Source: Octopus bimaculoides (taxonomy: Eukaryota). From it: DNA of 64,000 nt. The stretch's first letter is position 1; each line of letters opens with the position of its first letter. Shown here piece by piece: positions 62,195 to 64,000 of this stretch. The position numbers and the translations under genes are program-made. Below the pieces are notes generated by a model. That model did not search any database. It was not told the DNA's origin and was given only the letters and a program-made list of their open reading frames with translations. The stretch is taken from the NCBI RefSeq assembly GCF_001194135.2, contig NC_068986.1:45719444-45783443 (forward strand), in the 5' to 3' direction.

Positions 62195-63689
62195 TAATTA
62201 CATGTCCTAGTATTAATTACTGTTTGATTTTAACATCCTAGATTTCGTCAGATTCACTGTTAATTCTGACCTCATTCTTATAGTAATGTCAACAAAACTA
62301 AGAATGCTATATTCAACTTCCCATTTATAGAGAATGAACTTTTGCATTTCCTACAGTAGTTTCAAACTCATATTGATGAACTAAATCAAGAAGCCTCATC
62401 TTAACTGCTTGACTTGCTAGAAATGGTAGCCATACCTCTCTGAAATGAACTTATTATATAGGAACACCTGAGGTACACTACGAATGTAAAAGTAGAGGTA
62501 GCCATACCAAGAACACCGGTATAAAAGATGTGTTCAATCAAGGTGTTTTATTTGTCCGCCCATCAAAATAAAATACATGAATATATACGTATATGTACAT
62601 CTATGCTTCTGTGATTGCGTGCGTGCGTTTTTCCTTTGTTTTACTTCAGTGGATTCATATTACGCTTTAATCAAAATATATGAGAAATATTATTTTCTTT
62701 ATAAAATATGTAAATTTGAAGCTACAGCAAATACATACATAGACGTTAACGAACAGTTTGTACACACTCTCCAAGCACTTATATGCATGTGTAGTTTAGT
62801 CATAGCTAGTGGTTCAAATTTCAGCTTGCTAAGTGAATGAGTTCCTAGTAGCTTATATGCGTGCCTAACCTGCTCGTTGCTCATTGATCAAAATTTAGCT
62901 CGTTATGCAAGTATAATTTTCTTCGAGAAACTGTTCGCTATTCAGTTTGTTCGTATGAAGAATTGCACGTATATGGTCACCCCAATTCATTCCCATTTTT
63001 TCTGCAGTCAATGATAAGACATTCTAATTTTACAAAAGATTTTCATAATACTGTAGAAGTCGCTTCTTATACTCACTGAACGTGCAATCAAATGGTTATT
63101 GTTATCAATATATAAGGGTCCACATACAGCATGTATAATGAATTGAAAGTTATCCGCTTATCAAAATTAAAGCTATCAAAATGTTTTAATAGATTCCTAA
63201 AAATTCACGACTTTCTAATATACTTATGGATATATATGAAAATCAAGCGAACCAAGTGCAGTGGAAGGTAATTGCTGTGGTGGTGATAATGGAGATAGTG
63301 ATGACCATCGTGGGGATGATAGCAGTAATTGAGACGATGCTAGCAGAATTATATATTGGTGCTGGCAGATAAGATACTGGTGTGTTAAGTTGGTTGATGT
63401 GATTGACAGTATTGGAATATATACACATTTTTGAATATACATGTAAATCAAAGCTTTATATTATAATCACTGATAATGTTATCAAACGGATATTGTTACC
63501 CAAAATAAGTATGACCTAAATCCTTTAGTTCAAACGAATAAAAAGCTATCCACTTATTAGAATCAAAGGTCCAGAACTCTTATATCCCCCGCTTAGTGTT
63601 ATTAGCATATTACTTTTATCAACATGTTATAATCCGAAAGTGATTACAATAAATAGCTTCCACAGTGTTAGCAGTAATAATTTCTATTC

Positions 63690-63910
63690 TCAGCCTAAGA
63701 AACACGTTGTGTCCTTAAGCAAGGCACTTCATTTTATATAGATCCGTTCACTCAACTAAAATGAGTAACTGCGTTACCGAGAAGGTTAAATCAGTAATGG
63801 ACTGGCGTCCCATTCAGCGAGGGAGTTTTCTGTTTTTAATTGCTTCAGCCTCACGAAAATCAGGATAAGCTACAATTTAAAGGGCCTATAGGTTCAAGGC
63901 ACACTTTATT
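63690..63910 (+). mobile_element. CORE-type SINE fragment
   Basis: gttgtgtccttaagcaaggcactt...cactcaactaaaatgagta...atggactggcgtcccattc. Confidence 0.7.
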
Positions 63911-63968
63911 ATCCATTACATTGATACATACATACATACATACTTACATGTATGTGTACATAGGTCCT

Positions 63969-64000
<32 letters not shown>

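Noticed and set aside
62280-62352. Terminal exon of an upstream paralog (KCKSSFSINGKLNIAFLVLLTLL*)
   Set aside because: Weak acceptor, wrong phase relative to the family's terminal exon, and no supporting upstream exon in the window.
63077-63170. Signal-peptide exon at a strong GTGAGT donor
   Set aside because: The phase-1 frame has stops and there is no Met plus hydrophobic run; at best a non-coding exon.

Overview
AT-rich, repeat-dense animal DNA with assembly gaps. The SINE, mariner, Penelope and microsatellite content looks like a coleoid cephalopod, most likely Octopus (inferred from repeat families, not from a search). The ORF track misses the main feature: one spliced minus-strand gene spanning at least 60002 to 5769. 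I reconstructed 13 small GT-AG exons by hand. Twelve of them form six exon pairs (phase 1-2 then phase 2-1), each pair encoding one ~50-60 aa cysteine module (C-x6/7-C-x7..15-C-x8-C-x5..11-C-x11..14-C); the thirteenth is a terminal exon with a GPI-signal-like hydrophobic tail. All 12 junctions join in frame (1100 nt, about 366 aa). The 5' signal-peptide exon was not found. Two modules lose cysteines in pairs, which predicts the disulfide map. The introns contain a possible decayed axonemal dynein heavy chain gene, tRNA-derived SINEs, Tx1/L1, CR1, R4/Dong and HERO LINE fragments, Penelope-like fragments with hammerhead motifs, mariner/Tc1/hAT/Merlin-like DNA elements, a non-autonomous Helitron and many microsatellites. 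Protein family assignments come from motif recognition and recalled sequences, not database searches.
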